64,000 bases of DNA from Candidatus Bathyarchaeota archaeon (GTDB lineage: Archaea; Thermoproteota; Bathyarchaeia; Bathyarchaeales; Bathycorpusculaceae), in the NCBI GenBank assembly GCA_963832745.1, contig CAWHVC010000005.1:480001-544000 (forward strand), read 5' to 3'. The position numbers were made by a program, and so were the translations under genes. The notes under the pieces are model-generated. The model did no database searches and was not told the DNA's origin. It saw only the letters and a program-made list of their open reading frames with translations. Position 1 is the stretch's first letter. Each line of letters opens with the position of its first letter. Shown here piece after piece: positions 63,306-64,000 of the stretch.

Positions 63306-63908
63306 TTATTGCTCGTCGGGTGTTTCTTCTTGAGGCGTTTCTGTTTCGGGGGTTTCTTTGGCGTTTAGTAGCATGTTTAGTAGGACTTTTTCGTCAACTT
63401 CGGCGCGGGTTCGCCAATCCAAAAACAGTTGATTCTTGTCGTCTTGTAGTAGGTAGCCGTAGCGGATATAGCGGTCCAGGTTTAAGCCGATTTTCCAGTT
63501 TGGCATCTTTTCAGAGAGCAGTTTTTCTACGTCTTTGCGGGAAGCTTGACCTTTGTTGGCGACTATGTAACTGATGGTTATGGCAAGTCCAGCGAGGTCG
63601 TCAATGCGCCATCCAATCATTTTCTCTTTCGGGTTAGCATCGCCGCGAAGGGTGATATAGTAGCGGGCTTTGTCAAGTTCTTCCTCTGTTGGCTTCTCTG
63701 AGGCCTTAATGTCTTCTTCGTAAACAGTTTTAACTTCTAAATCCAAGTCTTCCAAATGGTCATCTAACACTTCAAGGACCTTTGGATAATCCGAACCTAA
63801 CGCTTTACGCAGCTCCCAACCCTTCACGCCGGGTTTCTGATGCCGCTTGTAGAGCAGCATTTGAGTTGCACGTTTGATTCTGCTTGCATAAACTCCTTTT
63901 TTGGTCAT
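63306..63908 (-). CDS. Tandem winged-helix, KITE-like (ScpB/Nse1/MksE-like) protein
   Basis: Two predicted wHTH halves; C-terminal LDRYIRYGYL...LFLDWRTRAE; ATGA overlap with an upstream ORF running off the window. Confidence 0.5.
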   Translation of the reverse strand: MTKKGVYASRIKRATQMLLYKRHQKPGVKGWELRKALGSDYPKVLEVLDDHLEDLDLEVKTVYEEDIKASEKPTEEELDKARYYITLRGDANPKEKMIGWRIDDLAGLAITISYIVANKGQASRKDVEKLLSEKMPNWKIGLNLDRYIRYGYLLQDDKNQLFLDWRTRAEVDEKVLLNMLLNAKETPETETPQEETPDEQ

Positions 63909-64000
63909 GGTAATTCGCCTCTTTTCCATTTCTGCCAATCTTCACAGGACACCGCAATGGGTACAGATGAGCCCTGCTGCCTTATCGCTGTAGTTCGTGG

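Overview
Archaeal chromosomal window, most likely Bathyarchaeia (TACK). The basis is a TACK-type 16S rRNA gene, an archaeal secE-spt5-rpl11-rpl1-rpl10 cluster, TFS, TrmB regulators and a PQQ-like beta-propeller surface protein. Content: carbohydrate genes (galT, glycogen debranching enzyme, tpiA, ppdK, glpX), the alternative heme pathway ahbABCD, nickel-pincer cofactor genes larECB with a CbiMNQO/NikMNQO transporter, a LipS1-like radical SAM enzyme, two PAS histidine kinases, a P1B ATPase, DinB, an unlinked 16S rRNA gene and many small RHH/wHTH/zinc-finger proteins, three of which are absent from the ORF track. The most unusual signal is a dispersed ~80-150 bp non-coding repeat in four same-orientation copies (9.9, 28.9, 35.9, 63.2 kb). 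It is built from 11-bp-phased CTATTAG units, a palindrome, a GAAAC-N5-6-GGGG(G)TAGG core and, in three copies, an AGTATGTTGAAA tail. Other leads: an apparently circularly permuted MscL, a diverged duplication of the ubiA 3' end, a triple-RHH/RHH divergon with palindromic operators, a secreted caspase-fold-like/PepSY-like gene pair and a KITE-like tandem winged-helix gene. Several frameshifts look like long-read indel errors. All calls come from motif recognition by eye; no searches were run.
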